From Bdellovibrionota bacterium (GTDB lineage: Bacteria; Bdellovibrionota_C; UBA2361; JBIKUX01): 64,000 nucleotides of DNA. The translations under genes were made by a program, and so were the position numbers. Location: the NCBI GenBank assembly GCA_044347345.1, contig JBIKUX010000005.1:1-64000 (forward strand), written 5' to 3'. Shown in pieces: positions 38,514 through 46,836 of this stretch. Within the stretch, counting starts at the first letter, position 1. Every line of letters starts with the position of its first letter. Below the pieces are notes generated by a model. It saw nothing but the letters and a program-made list of their open reading frames with translations. It had not been told where the DNA came from and did no database searches.

Positions 38514-39764
38514 ATGAAAAAAATTTTACATTACTTCCATAATCCTCAAGTTATAGCGGTAATTGTGGCTGCCTTAGGATATTTTGTTGATGTTTACGAT
38601 CTCGTTCTTTTTAGTGTTGTTCGAATAAGCAGTCTTAGCGACCTAGGATTATCTTCGGAAGAACAATTTTCTGTTGGGATTCAACTTCTAAATATTCAAA
38701 TGATAGGTATGCTTAGTGGAGGGATCTTATTTGGTGTGCTCGGGGATAAATACGGTCGTCTTCAAGTGCTTCTAGCGTCGATATTACTCTACTCTCTCGC
38801 TAATATCGGTAATGCCTTTATTTCTTCCGTACCACAATACTTCATTTTAAGATTTCTAGCCGGAGTTGGATTAGCTGGCGAGCTTGGAATAGGAATTACC
38901 TTAGTGGCTGAGCTATTACCCACTGAAAAACGGGGCATAGGCACTACGATTGTTGCTACAGTAGGAGTATGCGGTGCAGTAGTAGCCGCTACTTTAGGAC
39001 AGTTCTATTCTTGGCGACTCACTTACCTAATAGGTGGCTTGATGGGTCTTAGTCTTCTTTTTTTGAGAGTTCGTATTCAAGAATCCATTCTTTTTAGCGA
39101 AGTTATAAAGTCAAACCACCCAAGAGGTGATCTATGGTTACTGTTTTCTTCTCCAAAAAGATGCTTTAAATACATGCTATGCGTCCTAGCGGGAGTGCCT
39201 ATTTGGTTTAGTATTGGAGTGTTAGTCACCTTTTGTCCCGAAATAGCCAAAGCCGCGGGTTATACAGTATTACCAAGTGCCGCAGAAGCCATTAAGTTTA
39301 CTTATATTGGTCTAGTAGTAGGAGATCTAAGTAGTGGACTAATTAGCCAAAAGCTCCGTAGTCGCAAAAAATCAATGATTGCTTTCATCCTATTTAACGG
39401 CCTAGCTATAGCTGTATTTATGTCGCCTCTCATTACCACTGCTACCTTTCTTGTTTGGTGGTGTATCCCGCTAGGCTTTTCTGTAGGATACTGGGCGGTA
39501 CTTGTTACTACTTCTGCTGAACAATTTGGCACTAATCTACGAGCTACAGTGGCTACATCGGTGCCAAATTTTGTTCGAGGTTCAGTTCCCATATTATCTT
39601 TTCTTATTGAATACCTTAGAGGCTTTATGAGTACTACTAAATCTATTTCTATAGTTGGCAGTGGTATAATAGGAATAGCGTTAGTTGCTACTCTACTGCT
39701 GAAAGAATCGTTCAATAACGATTTAGATTGGATAGAAGAATCACCAGATCGATACAAGAAATAG
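38514..39764 (+). CDS. MFS transporter
   Basis: About 12 TM helices; motif A GVLGDKYGR; RFLAGVGLAGE; EQFGTNLRAT. Confidence 0.92.
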   Translation: MKKILHYFHNPQVIAVIVAALGYFVDVYDLVLFSVVRISSLSDLGLSSEEQFSVGIQLLNIQMIGMLSGGILFGVLGDKYGRLQVLLASILLYSLANIGNAFISSVPQYFILRFLAGVGLAGELGIGITLVAELLPTEKRGIGTTIVATVGVCGAVVAATLGQFYSWRLTYLIGGLMGLSLLFLRVRIQESILFSEVIKSNHPRGDLWLLFSSPKRCFKYMLCVLAGVPIWFSIGVLVTFCPEIAKAAGYTVLPSAAEAIKFTYIGLVVGDLSSGLISQKLRSRKKSMIAFILFNGLAIAVFMSPLITTATFLVWWCIPLGFSVGYWAVLVTTSAEQFGTNLRATVATSVPNFVRGSVPILSFLIEYLRGFMSTTKSISIVGSGIIGIALVATLLLKESFNNDLDWIEESPDRYKK

Positions 39765-39841
39765 AGAAATGTCTACGATAGTCATCATAGAGAGATAGCA
39801 CAGCTCTCTTTGCTGGTAATTTTTTGAGATAAACAATCTAC

Positions 39842-40996
39842 TTAAATGGACAACTTAATCAGACCTTTTTTAAGTTTTAGCCATCGAATCATAACTACTA
39901 CTCGCCATAAAATTTCTCCGTAATCTGCTCCATTTCCACTTAAATGCCTTCGCCATAAAGACATAAGCTCTCGACGACAGAAAAATTCTTCACTTTGAAC
40001 GAGAGTAGAATGAACATAATCACGAAGAACAGTACTCATAAGTTGCCCGAGTGATACTACCGGATATTTAAATAAAAATTCGCTGATATTTGAGCGACTA
40101 GAGCTTCGTATACCAAGACGCTTAATTAGATTAAGCTTACCGCCATGATAAATAACTCCGTCTTCAATTATATCCAACACCTCTTTAGCTAAGAAAGGAG
40201 TTATTACCTTAATCGGAATGCCAGCCTCTTGCACTACTAAACGAATTTCCTCTGCCCTACCATTAAGAAGCATATCCCGAGTAGCTCGCCATGCGGCAAG
40301 CGGAGAGAAATTTCTACAATGCAGATTAGTGATATCGGCTAACCTTTGATAGGATGAGAATATAGCCCCAGTGCCAAGCAGATTTGGATTTAATAACTTC
40401 ATTTTTTGCGTGCCAGATACAAACGGTCCCCGAACAAACTGAAGCGCTCCTGAGGTTACATCTCCCCTCCATATATCATTAAAATTAAGATTACTTGCAG
40501 AATTTCGTAGACAAGACCGCAGCCATTTACAACTTAAAATCCAGCGCCACCCATTAATAACAACTGGACTCTCAACGATATCTCTGCCTGTATGAATAAA
40601 TAATATCCCACTATTTTCATTCTTTAAGTGATAATCATATAAACTAACCACCAAGCTAGGGTCAGCAAGTGGCATAGTCATAGAATGTATTAATCGATCA
40701 ATTAAATGTACAAACGGGGTGTTTTGAATATGTATACTTTGCTGCGACCAATCATAATTAAGATACTTTTCAAAAATATCCTCAAGTCGGTCAAGAAGAG
40801 CCCCAACAGAATAATCTGACTTAATAAAACTATCTGATTTGAGAGTTTCGTTGGTATCTTCTTTAGTGGTAATTACTTTAGTAATCGGGGTAGAGACTGA
40901 TACGGTATCTAATTTACAATCTACTTTATACAGACACTTACCAAGAGATAAATAATCAGACATTTCCTGAAAAAATGCTTTATCGATTACTAACAT
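39842..40996 (-). CDS. Degenerate asparagine-synthetase (AsnB) C-terminal-like protein
   Basis: PLADPS, KVITPFL and HLSG..DYGEILW resemble the AsnB synthetase domain. No glutaminase domain and no SGGLDS motif. Confidence 0.5.
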   Translation of the reverse strand: MLVIDKAFFQEMSDYLSLGKCLYKVDCKLDTVSVSTPITKVITTKEDTNETLKSDSFIKSDYSVGALLDRLEDIFEKYLNYDWSQQSIHIQNTPFVHLIDRLIHSMTMPLADPSLVVSLYDYHLKNENSGILFIHTGRDIVESPVVINGWRWILSCKWLRSCLRNSASNLNFNDIWRGDVTSGALQFVRGPFVSGTQKMKLLNPNLLGTGAIFSSYQRLADITNLHCRNFSPLAAWRATRDMLLNGRAEEIRLVVQEAGIPIKVITPFLAKEVLDIIEDGVIYHGGKLNLIKRLGIRSSSRSNISEFLFKYPVVSLGQLMSTVLRDYVHSTLVQSEEFFCRRELMSLWRRHLSGNGADYGEILWRVVVMIRWLKLKKGLIKLSI

Positions 40997-41041
40997 AACA
41001 TTTAATACTACAACTAAAAATTTTAATTAAAGGAGTATATC

Positions 41042-41158
41042 ATGAATCGACACTTACTGCGTTTATTCACTAATTTTGGCTTCGTTTATACGACAGCAAT
41101 AATCGCCATAATCGCTTTTTGCGTCCTTGTGGCTCTATTATTATCATTACTGATATAA
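41042..41158 (+). CDS. Small single-TM protein (38 aa)
   Basis: AAGGAG RBS 6 nt before the ATG; MNRHLLRLFTNFGFVYTTAIIAIIAFCVLVALLLSLLI*. Below the ORF-track cutoff. Confidence 0.6.
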   Translation: MNRHLLRLFTNFGFVYTTAIIAIIAFCVLVALLLSLLI

Positions 41159-41159
41159 C

Positions 41160-42551
41160 CTAATCACCTTTCTGGGATATAACTTCAACAAAAAGCCTTG
41201 GAGCCCACAAAGTAGAGCCCCAATGAAAAAATCCAAACGTAGATAGATGGCGCCCGTTCACCGCATAACCTTCATAAAAACTTGGACTGCCATTTTTCAT
41301 TTTACATTCTAACATTACCGCACAGGCTGGGTCGACCTTATAGTGCCATTCTTTGCTGTGAATCCCTAACAGTTCACAACCAACATCTCCAAGTAAGTGG
41401 GGATATATAGCAGATGCTACACAAACACTAGGCTCAACTTGTGCCGAATCAAGAACCGCATCACCGTCAAGAATACCCACACCTTCATATGTTATTCCAT
41501 CTACGGTAAAAGTTTTCGACAGATAAGCTGTACCAGCGCCTTCTGAATATAAGATACCACCTTCATCTATAAAGGACTTAATACTAGATTTACCCAACAC
41601 ATTATTTGCAAGGTTAGATCCATAATCTTTCATCCGCCCTCCACATATATACACACCCTTTGTACGGGACGGCAATGAACGGTCAGCTAATGGTGAAAAT
41701 GGTACTATTTCTGCACCAAAATACCGTAATAAATCCAAATTATCGTGATACTGCATAAAAAAACATGAGTCAGCACTAACAGCAATACGGTATCGACGAC
41801 TCTTAGGGACAAAGGATGGCATAGATACAGCTACATTGGGTGCACCTTTTGCGTAGGTAATTAATTGATCAAGATCAACAGCCGATCTAAAAATAGAGGC
41901 AAGATTAGCTAAACTTTGTCGAGCAAGATGAGAACGACTACCAACTTCTGATACCACACTACTTGGAAAAGCTGCGTAGTCTTCAATATTAGGAACAGCT
42001 CCTAATGGTGCCACCAAGCCAAACCTCTCTGCAGCAGCGGCATAAAATAAATAATCACGCTTTGCCGTAGTTCTATTCATTATTGCACTAACAGGAATGT
42101 CTTTCATACCTATAGTAAATCCACCAATGAGAGCAGCGGCGCTTGTACCAAATTTAGTAGCATCAACTACTATAATTATTGGAGTAAGTGTGTTTTTGGC
42201 TATCTCACAATCAGATCCTTTTACAGAGCCAGCTAGTTCTGCATCGAATAAGCCTCCATGTCCGTCAATCAAAACAATATCTGCTCCAATAGAAGCACGG
42301 TAAAGAGTTGTTAAAATTGCTTCTTTGGATAACATAGAAGTATCAAGGGTATGGCACGCTCTATTCGTTAAATTTGTTAATAGCGCTGCTACTCCAAACG
42401 ATGTAGACGTAGTACAACAAGAAACGCTTACACCTTGAGTTCTTAAGGCTGCAGTTAGGCCAGCTACGACGAGACTTTTACCAACTCCATCACTTGTACC
42501 AGATATAAGTATACGGGGAACGGATATATTAAAATTTTGAGTCACGCTCAT
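41160..42551 (-). CDS. Cobyrinate a,c-diamide synthase (CobB/CbiA) homologue, catalytically degenerate
   Basis: PRILISGTSDGVGKS, DGHGGLFD, RIAVS.D.CFF.QY.DNLDLL..FGAEIV.FSPLAD. Glutaminase Cys is missing (SEGAG instead of AECGG). Confidence 0.8.
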   Translation of the reverse strand: MSVTQNFNISVPRILISGTSDGVGKSLVVAGLTAALRTQGVSVSCCTTSTSFGVAALLTNLTNRACHTLDTSMLSKEAILTTLYRASIGADIVLIDGHGGLFDAELAGSVKGSDCEIAKNTLTPIIIVVDATKFGTSAAALIGGFTIGMKDIPVSAIMNRTTAKRDYLFYAAAAERFGLVAPLGAVPNIEDYAAFPSSVVSEVGSRSHLARQSLANLASIFRSAVDLDQLITYAKGAPNVAVSMPSFVPKSRRYRIAVSADSCFFMQYHDNLDLLRYFGAEIVPFSPLADRSLPSRTKGVYICGGRMKDYGSNLANNVLGKSSIKSFIDEGGILYSEGAGTAYLSKTFTVDGITYEGVGILDGDAVLDSAQVEPSVCVASAIYPHLLGDVGCELLGIHSKEWHYKVDPACAVMLECKMKNGSPSFYEGYAVNGRHLSTFGFFHWGSTLWAPRLFVEVISQKGD

Positions 42552-44186
42552 TCACTTTTTTTCAAGCATAAACTTAGCAGCAGCCCGCACTTGCGGATGA
42601 GAATCACTAACTGAAATAACTTCAAGAACAGACCTCACAGACATCTCATCACTTTCACCCAGAACTACTACCACTTCACGCCTGACTCTATACTCTTGGT
42701 CTTTAGTAAGAGGAGTAAGCTTCTCAGCTTTTTGTTGAGCATTAGCATGCGAAAAACCACGCACAGCGGCTATTCTCACCTCAGGATCACCATGAACAAG
42801 TAAAGGAGCCACTAAATCTGGAAGTTGAGGAATATCCCGTTGTCTGGCCTCATTAATAATAGCTACTAACAGGCTAGCATCTTTTGGTAAAGTACTGAAT
42901 AAAGCAACTAAATTATCGGTAGTTACATCAGAATATAGGCCTTTAGGATGAGGTTGAAGAGAACGACCCTCACTTAAAATTATATCGTCTATTCTGGGCA
43001 GTATAGTTTTAACTTCGTTAGGTTCATTCCAAAATTGTTCAAATAAAAAAAATACGAAACATACGCAGGTCAAAAAAATCATCGCATATAACAAGCTTTT
43101 AAATTCAAAATACCTTAAAGATATCGAATCTAAGGCACCAGAGTATATATTCTCTTTTGTCTTGATTATACTTGTCTGAGCATCTTCTTTTTCTTGAACA
43201 TCCTCAGCATAGGTAATTAGCCCAATACTCTTTCTCGCAACACTAGTTTGACTATTAGTTGAAAAACGAACCGAATGAAGCCCCTTGCTGGTGAGTGCTC
43301 CCAAAACCTCAGAAGCTATTGGACTAGATAAATGGCCACCAACATCACTTACTCTGGCCTTAGCTTTCATTAAGAGTGGGGATAATTCTGAAATTAACTC
43401 TTTTCCAGAGCCAAACCGAAACTTTCTCTCCCGCGCAAATGCTCGAGCAAAAAACTCTTCAAATTCCTTTGTAGCATAAACGGGTTGAGCAACTTTGTGT
43501 TGATAAACTGATACCCAATTACCGGCCAAAATACGAGAGATAATTTCTCGAGAAGAATCGCCACTAAAAGGCTTGGTACAATACAGAATCTCATATAGCA
43601 CCACGCTTAAAGCAAAAAGGTCGGTCTTACCATCCAAAGATTCGCCCTTTATCTGCTCTGGCGCCATATAACCTGGTGAACCGATACTTTTATTACCCTC
43701 AGACTTACGCCAACGTATCTGAGAAATTCCAAAATCTAATACTCTCAACCCCCCGTCTTGTGTCAGAAAAATGTTCGATGGCTTTATATCACAATGAACT
43801 ACTCCTCGGCTGTGAGCATAATCAAGACTGCTTGCTATTAACGCCAGAATCTCGAGAGTACGATCTGGAGTTATATTATTAGCCTTATTGATAAAGGATC
43901 TAAGAGTCTCACCTTGAAGATACTCAAGAACTAAATAAGGAGAGAAAGAAGAGTCATCTTGAATACAATCATAGATAACCATGATGTTTGGGTGACTTAG
44001 CTGAGCTGCTAAACGAGCCTCTTCAATAAAATTTGCATTTTCTCGGCTGGAGTTAGTAACCACACACTTAATGGCCACATACCTACTAAGGGCAGCATCA
44101 AAGCCTAGGTAAACCACCCCCATTGCTCCTTTACCGACGAGCCCTGTGATGCGATACTTGCCTATGACTGATGGAACATCGCTCAT
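42552..44186 (-). CDS. Hanks-type Ser/Thr kinase with TM helix and C-terminal HEAT repeats
   Basis: GKGAMGVVY, VAIK, HCDIKPSN, DFG, GSPGYMAPE; TM helix near aa 365-385; DPEVRIAAV, EYRVRREVV and HPQVRAAA repeats. Confidence 0.92.
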   Translation of the reverse strand: MSDVPSVIGKYRITGLVGKGAMGVVYLGFDAALSRYVAIKCVVTNSSRENANFIEEARLAAQLSHPNIMVIYDCIQDDSSFSPYLVLEYLQGETLRSFINKANNITPDRTLEILALIASSLDYAHSRGVVHCDIKPSNIFLTQDGGLRVLDFGISQIRWRKSEGNKSIGSPGYMAPEQIKGESLDGKTDLFALSVVLYEILYCTKPFSGDSSREIISRILAGNWVSVYQHKVAQPVYATKEFEEFFARAFARERKFRFGSGKELISELSPLLMKAKARVSDVGGHLSSPIASEVLGALTSKGLHSVRFSTNSQTSVARKSIGLITYAEDVQEKEDAQTSIIKTKENIYSGALDSISLRYFEFKSLLYAMIFLTCVCFVFFLFEQFWNEPNEVKTILPRIDDIILSEGRSLQPHPKGLYSDVTTDNLVALFSTLPKDASLLVAIINEARQRDIPQLPDLVAPLLVHGDPEVRIAAVRGFSHANAQQKAEKLTPLTKDQEYRVRREVVVVLGESDEMSVRSVLEVISVSDSHPQVRAAAKFMLEKK

Positions 44187-44206
44187 ATTTTGATGGGTTA
44201 GCAGTA

Positions 44207-44237
44207 TGATATTATTATACTTAGTATAATAATATCA
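44207..44237. promoter_or_regulatory. 31-bp perfect palindrome containing TATAAT on both strands
   Basis: TGATATTATTATACT-T-AGTATAATAATATCA, 20 bp upstream of the kinase ATG. Confidence 0.7.
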
Positions 44238-44272
44238 CTTTTTGCTAGCTTTTTTAAAAGCTGTGCCTACAG

Positions 44273-44325
44273 AGAGTGTGCGCCAAAGAGTGTGCGCCAA
44301 AGAGTGTGCGCCAAAGAGTGTGCGC
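44273..44325. repeat. 14-bp tandem repeat, about 3.8 copies
   Basis: (AGAGTGTGCGCCAA)x3 plus AGAGTGTGCGC. Confidence 0.95.
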
Positions 44326-44358
44326 TAGTCAGTCTTAGCAGATCCTATTCTGCAGACC

Positions 44359-44643
44359 CTATTCTTCTGATAAGCCTGTCTCATCAGGAGAAGAACTACC
44401 TTTTTGCTGCATCGCTCGCCAAGCCGCTTCAGTAAAGCGCTTTATGATACGGCCTTTAGAGAGATCATAAGGAGAGATTTCTACTATTACATGATCCCCA
44501 GGAAGTACCCGAATATAAAATCGCCTCATCTTACCTGCTAAATAGGCAAGTAACTCATGCCCATTATCACACTCAACTTTAAATGTTGTGTTAGGGAAGC
44601 ACTCTTTTACTACCCCGTGCATTTCAATACCGTCTTTTGCCAT
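44359..44643 (-). CDS. infA: Translation initiation factor IF-1
   Basis: [19 protein letters not shown]...A...GKMR...IR.LPGD.V.VE.SPYDL.KGRI; about 22-aa C-terminal extension. Confidence 0.95.
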   Translation of the reverse strand: MAKDGIEMHGVVKECFPNTTFKVECDNGHELLAYLAGKMRRFYIRVLPGDHVIVEISPYDLSKGRIIKRFTEAAWRAMQQKGSSSPDETGLSEE

Positions 44644-44735
44644 TACCGTGCATCCATCTTACTTATTGGGCACCTCTACGATTACCGTTACAACTTTAGC
44701 TTTACTACTTACCTTCTAAATCAGATAAAATAATT

Positions 44736-45716
44736 TCATCCTACTACCGGCCCTAAGGCACGATATTTACTGTACCTTAGCTCACGAAGTTCTTCCACAA
44801 CCAATCCACGCAAAGTCTCCATGTGCCTCACAAGAGCAACCTTTAGATTTTCTGCGCTCTCTTTATGATTACGATGAGCACCGCCAACCGGTTCAGGTAT
44901 TATTTCATCAATAATTCCATGCTTATAGAGAGAACCAGCCGTAAGCTGAAGAGCCTCTGCCATTTGCGCTGAACGAGTAGCTTGAACCTCTTGCGTGCTG
45001 TCTCGCCACAAAATTGTAGCACAAGACTCTGGGGTAATTACTGAATAACAGGCATGTTCTAGCATTAATATCCTATCGGCAACCCCTAAGGCTAAAGCAC
45101 CTCCGCTACCTCCTTCACCGATTACCACACTTATAATCGGTACGGTAAGTTCAGCCAATTCTAAGATATTTGTTGCGATAGCCTCAGCTTGACCCCGTTC
45201 TTCAGCTTCAACTCCTGGATAAGCGCCCTGAGTATCGATAAATGTTATCAGAGGAAGCTCAAATTTTTCACTCAATCGAAACAGACGCAAAGCTTTGCGG
45301 TATCCTTCAGGGTTAGGCATTCCAAAGTTACGCTTTAACCTATCAGCGGTAGTTTTACCACGCTGATGACCAACAATCATGACTGGTTGAGAACCTAACT
45401 TAGCTGTTCCACCCACAATAGCAGGATCATCGCGAAACTGCCTGTCACCATGTAATTCAATAAAGTCAGTAAAAATGTGCTTTATATAATCGAGGGTAAA
45501 TGGTCTATCAAAATGCCTAGATAGCTGCACTCGCTGATAAGCAGTGAGCTTACCATAAATCTCTTCGCGCAAACGAGCTACCTTGGTTTCAAGCCGCTTA
45601 TATTCGCTACGTCGCGATAAGTCGCCACCAGCTATATCGTCCTTAAGTTGCTCTAGTTCTGCCTCTAATTGGATGAGAGGTCCCTCAAAATCGAGAGGAT
45701 TAGAAGGTATTGTCAT
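44736..45716 (-). CDS. accA: Acetyl-CoA carboxylase carboxyltransferase alpha subunit
   Basis: LDFE.P, ELHGDR..DD.AIVGG, RNFGMP.PEGYRKA, GEGGSGGAL. Confidence 0.97.
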   Translation of the reverse strand: MTIPSNPLDFEGPLIQLEAELEQLKDDIAGGDLSRRSEYKRLETKVARLREEIYGKLTAYQRVQLSRHFDRPFTLDYIKHIFTDFIELHGDRQFRDDPAIVGGTAKLGSQPVMIVGHQRGKTTADRLKRNFGMPNPEGYRKALRLFRLSEKFELPLITFIDTQGAYPGVEAEERGQAEAIATNILELAELTVPIISVVIGEGGSGGALALGVADRILMLEHACYSVITPESCATILWRDSTQEVQATRSAQMAEALQLTAGSLYKHGIIDEIIPEPVGGAHRNHKESAENLKVALVRHMETLRGLVVEELRELRYSKYRALGPVVG

Positions 45717-45753
45717 ATCCTTTTACTTTTCATATTTCAAACGCTCAGTTTGA

Positions 45754-46818
45754 TTAAAAAATAACTTGTCGGAGATACCACACTTGATGCGAAGTAGCTA
45801 CACCCCCGTTTTTTTCTATTAGACAGTGATACTGAGAAACAAGTGTATTGGCAACAAGATCAAAAGGAACTTCCTCAAAATAAATCTCTTCTATAGGCTG
45901 TCCACCACGAATTTGAGAATAATTCTGATTCTCTGATAAATAAAAACGAGCCCAATCTCTTTTACGAGGTTCTTGCCGCCAAAAAGTTATCTGCCTCTTT
46001 GCATAAGCAGCAGTATCTCGACATAACAATCTGTAAAGCTCCCCTTTGTCGTATTCTCCTCGAAGATATCCTAATGTATGCGAAACTCCTATTGCCTTAC
46101 AAAGGGGAACGGAAGTTAAATCATTGAACAATTCACTATATTTTATCGTTAATGCTTCAACCTCATCAATGAGTCCATGAGAAAGCATCTCCCTACTACG
46201 CTCGGCAATCCTGGATCGTAAACCAATTCTCTCTGGCATTACAGCCAATATGATTGCAGTTATTGGTGAGGGCGTATGCTTTACACCAAAGAGCTCACTC
46301 TGTGGCCTAGAAGTAATACGACTAACTTCAAGGGCTCGCTCAATACGTTGGCGGTCATTAGGGTGAAGCATTGCAGCACGATTAGGATCAACATTAACGA
46401 GTTCAGAGTAAAGCGAACTCGTGGTTCTAGAGGCAAATATCAAGCGAATCTCTTTACTAGCAGTTGGCTGAGGTGACAATCCAGTCAGAAGAGCGCTCAA
46501 GTACATACCAGAACTGCCAACTAAAATAGGTATTCGTCCATTTTTACTAACTTCACTTACCTTCTGAGTTACTAACCTCATCATTTTACCAGCATCTAAC
46601 GAATTTACTGGCGATATAAACCCATATAAATGATAAGGAATTTCCTGCTGAAACTCTAAAGGAGGGCAACACGAAGCAACTGGTACATCAGTATAACATT
46701 GCACAGTGTCGACATTAATAATTTCTCCCCCAATCTTTAAGGCTAATTTATGTGCTAGATCTGTTTTACCACTTGCTGTGGGTCCTGAAATAATGAGAAC
46801 GGGAATTGGAGTCATCAA
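45754..46818 (-). CDS. miaA: tRNA dimethylallyltransferase
   Basis: GPTASGKT, PILVGSSGMY, HPNDRQRIERALEV, YAKRQITF; follows mutL. Confidence 0.93.
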   Translation of the reverse strand: MMTPIPVLIISGPTASGKTDLAHKLALKIGGEIINVDTVQCYTDVPVASCCPPLEFQQEIPYHLYGFISPVNSLDAGKMMRLVTQKVSEVSKNGRIPILVGSSGMYLSALLTGLSPQPTASKEIRLIFASRTTSSLYSELVNVDPNRAAMLHPNDRQRIERALEVSRITSRPQSELFGVKHTPSPITAIILAVMPERIGLRSRIAERSREMLSHGLIDEVEALTIKYSELFNDLTSVPLCKAIGVSHTLGYLRGEYDKGELYRLLCRDTAAYAKRQITFWRQEPRKRDWARFYLSENQNYSQIRGGQPIEEIYFEEVPFDLVANTLVSQYHCLIEKNGGVATSHQVWYLRQVIF

Positions 46819-46836
46819 AATAAAACTCCTTAACTT

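Noticed and set aside
29042-41000. Integrative element bounded by a duplicated tRNA 3' end (attR)
   Set aside because: No integrase, and no repeat of the tRNA 3' end was found by eye.
44273-44325. Possible CRISPR array
   Set aside because: The repeats are 14 bp and contiguous, with no spacers; no cas genes are present in the window.
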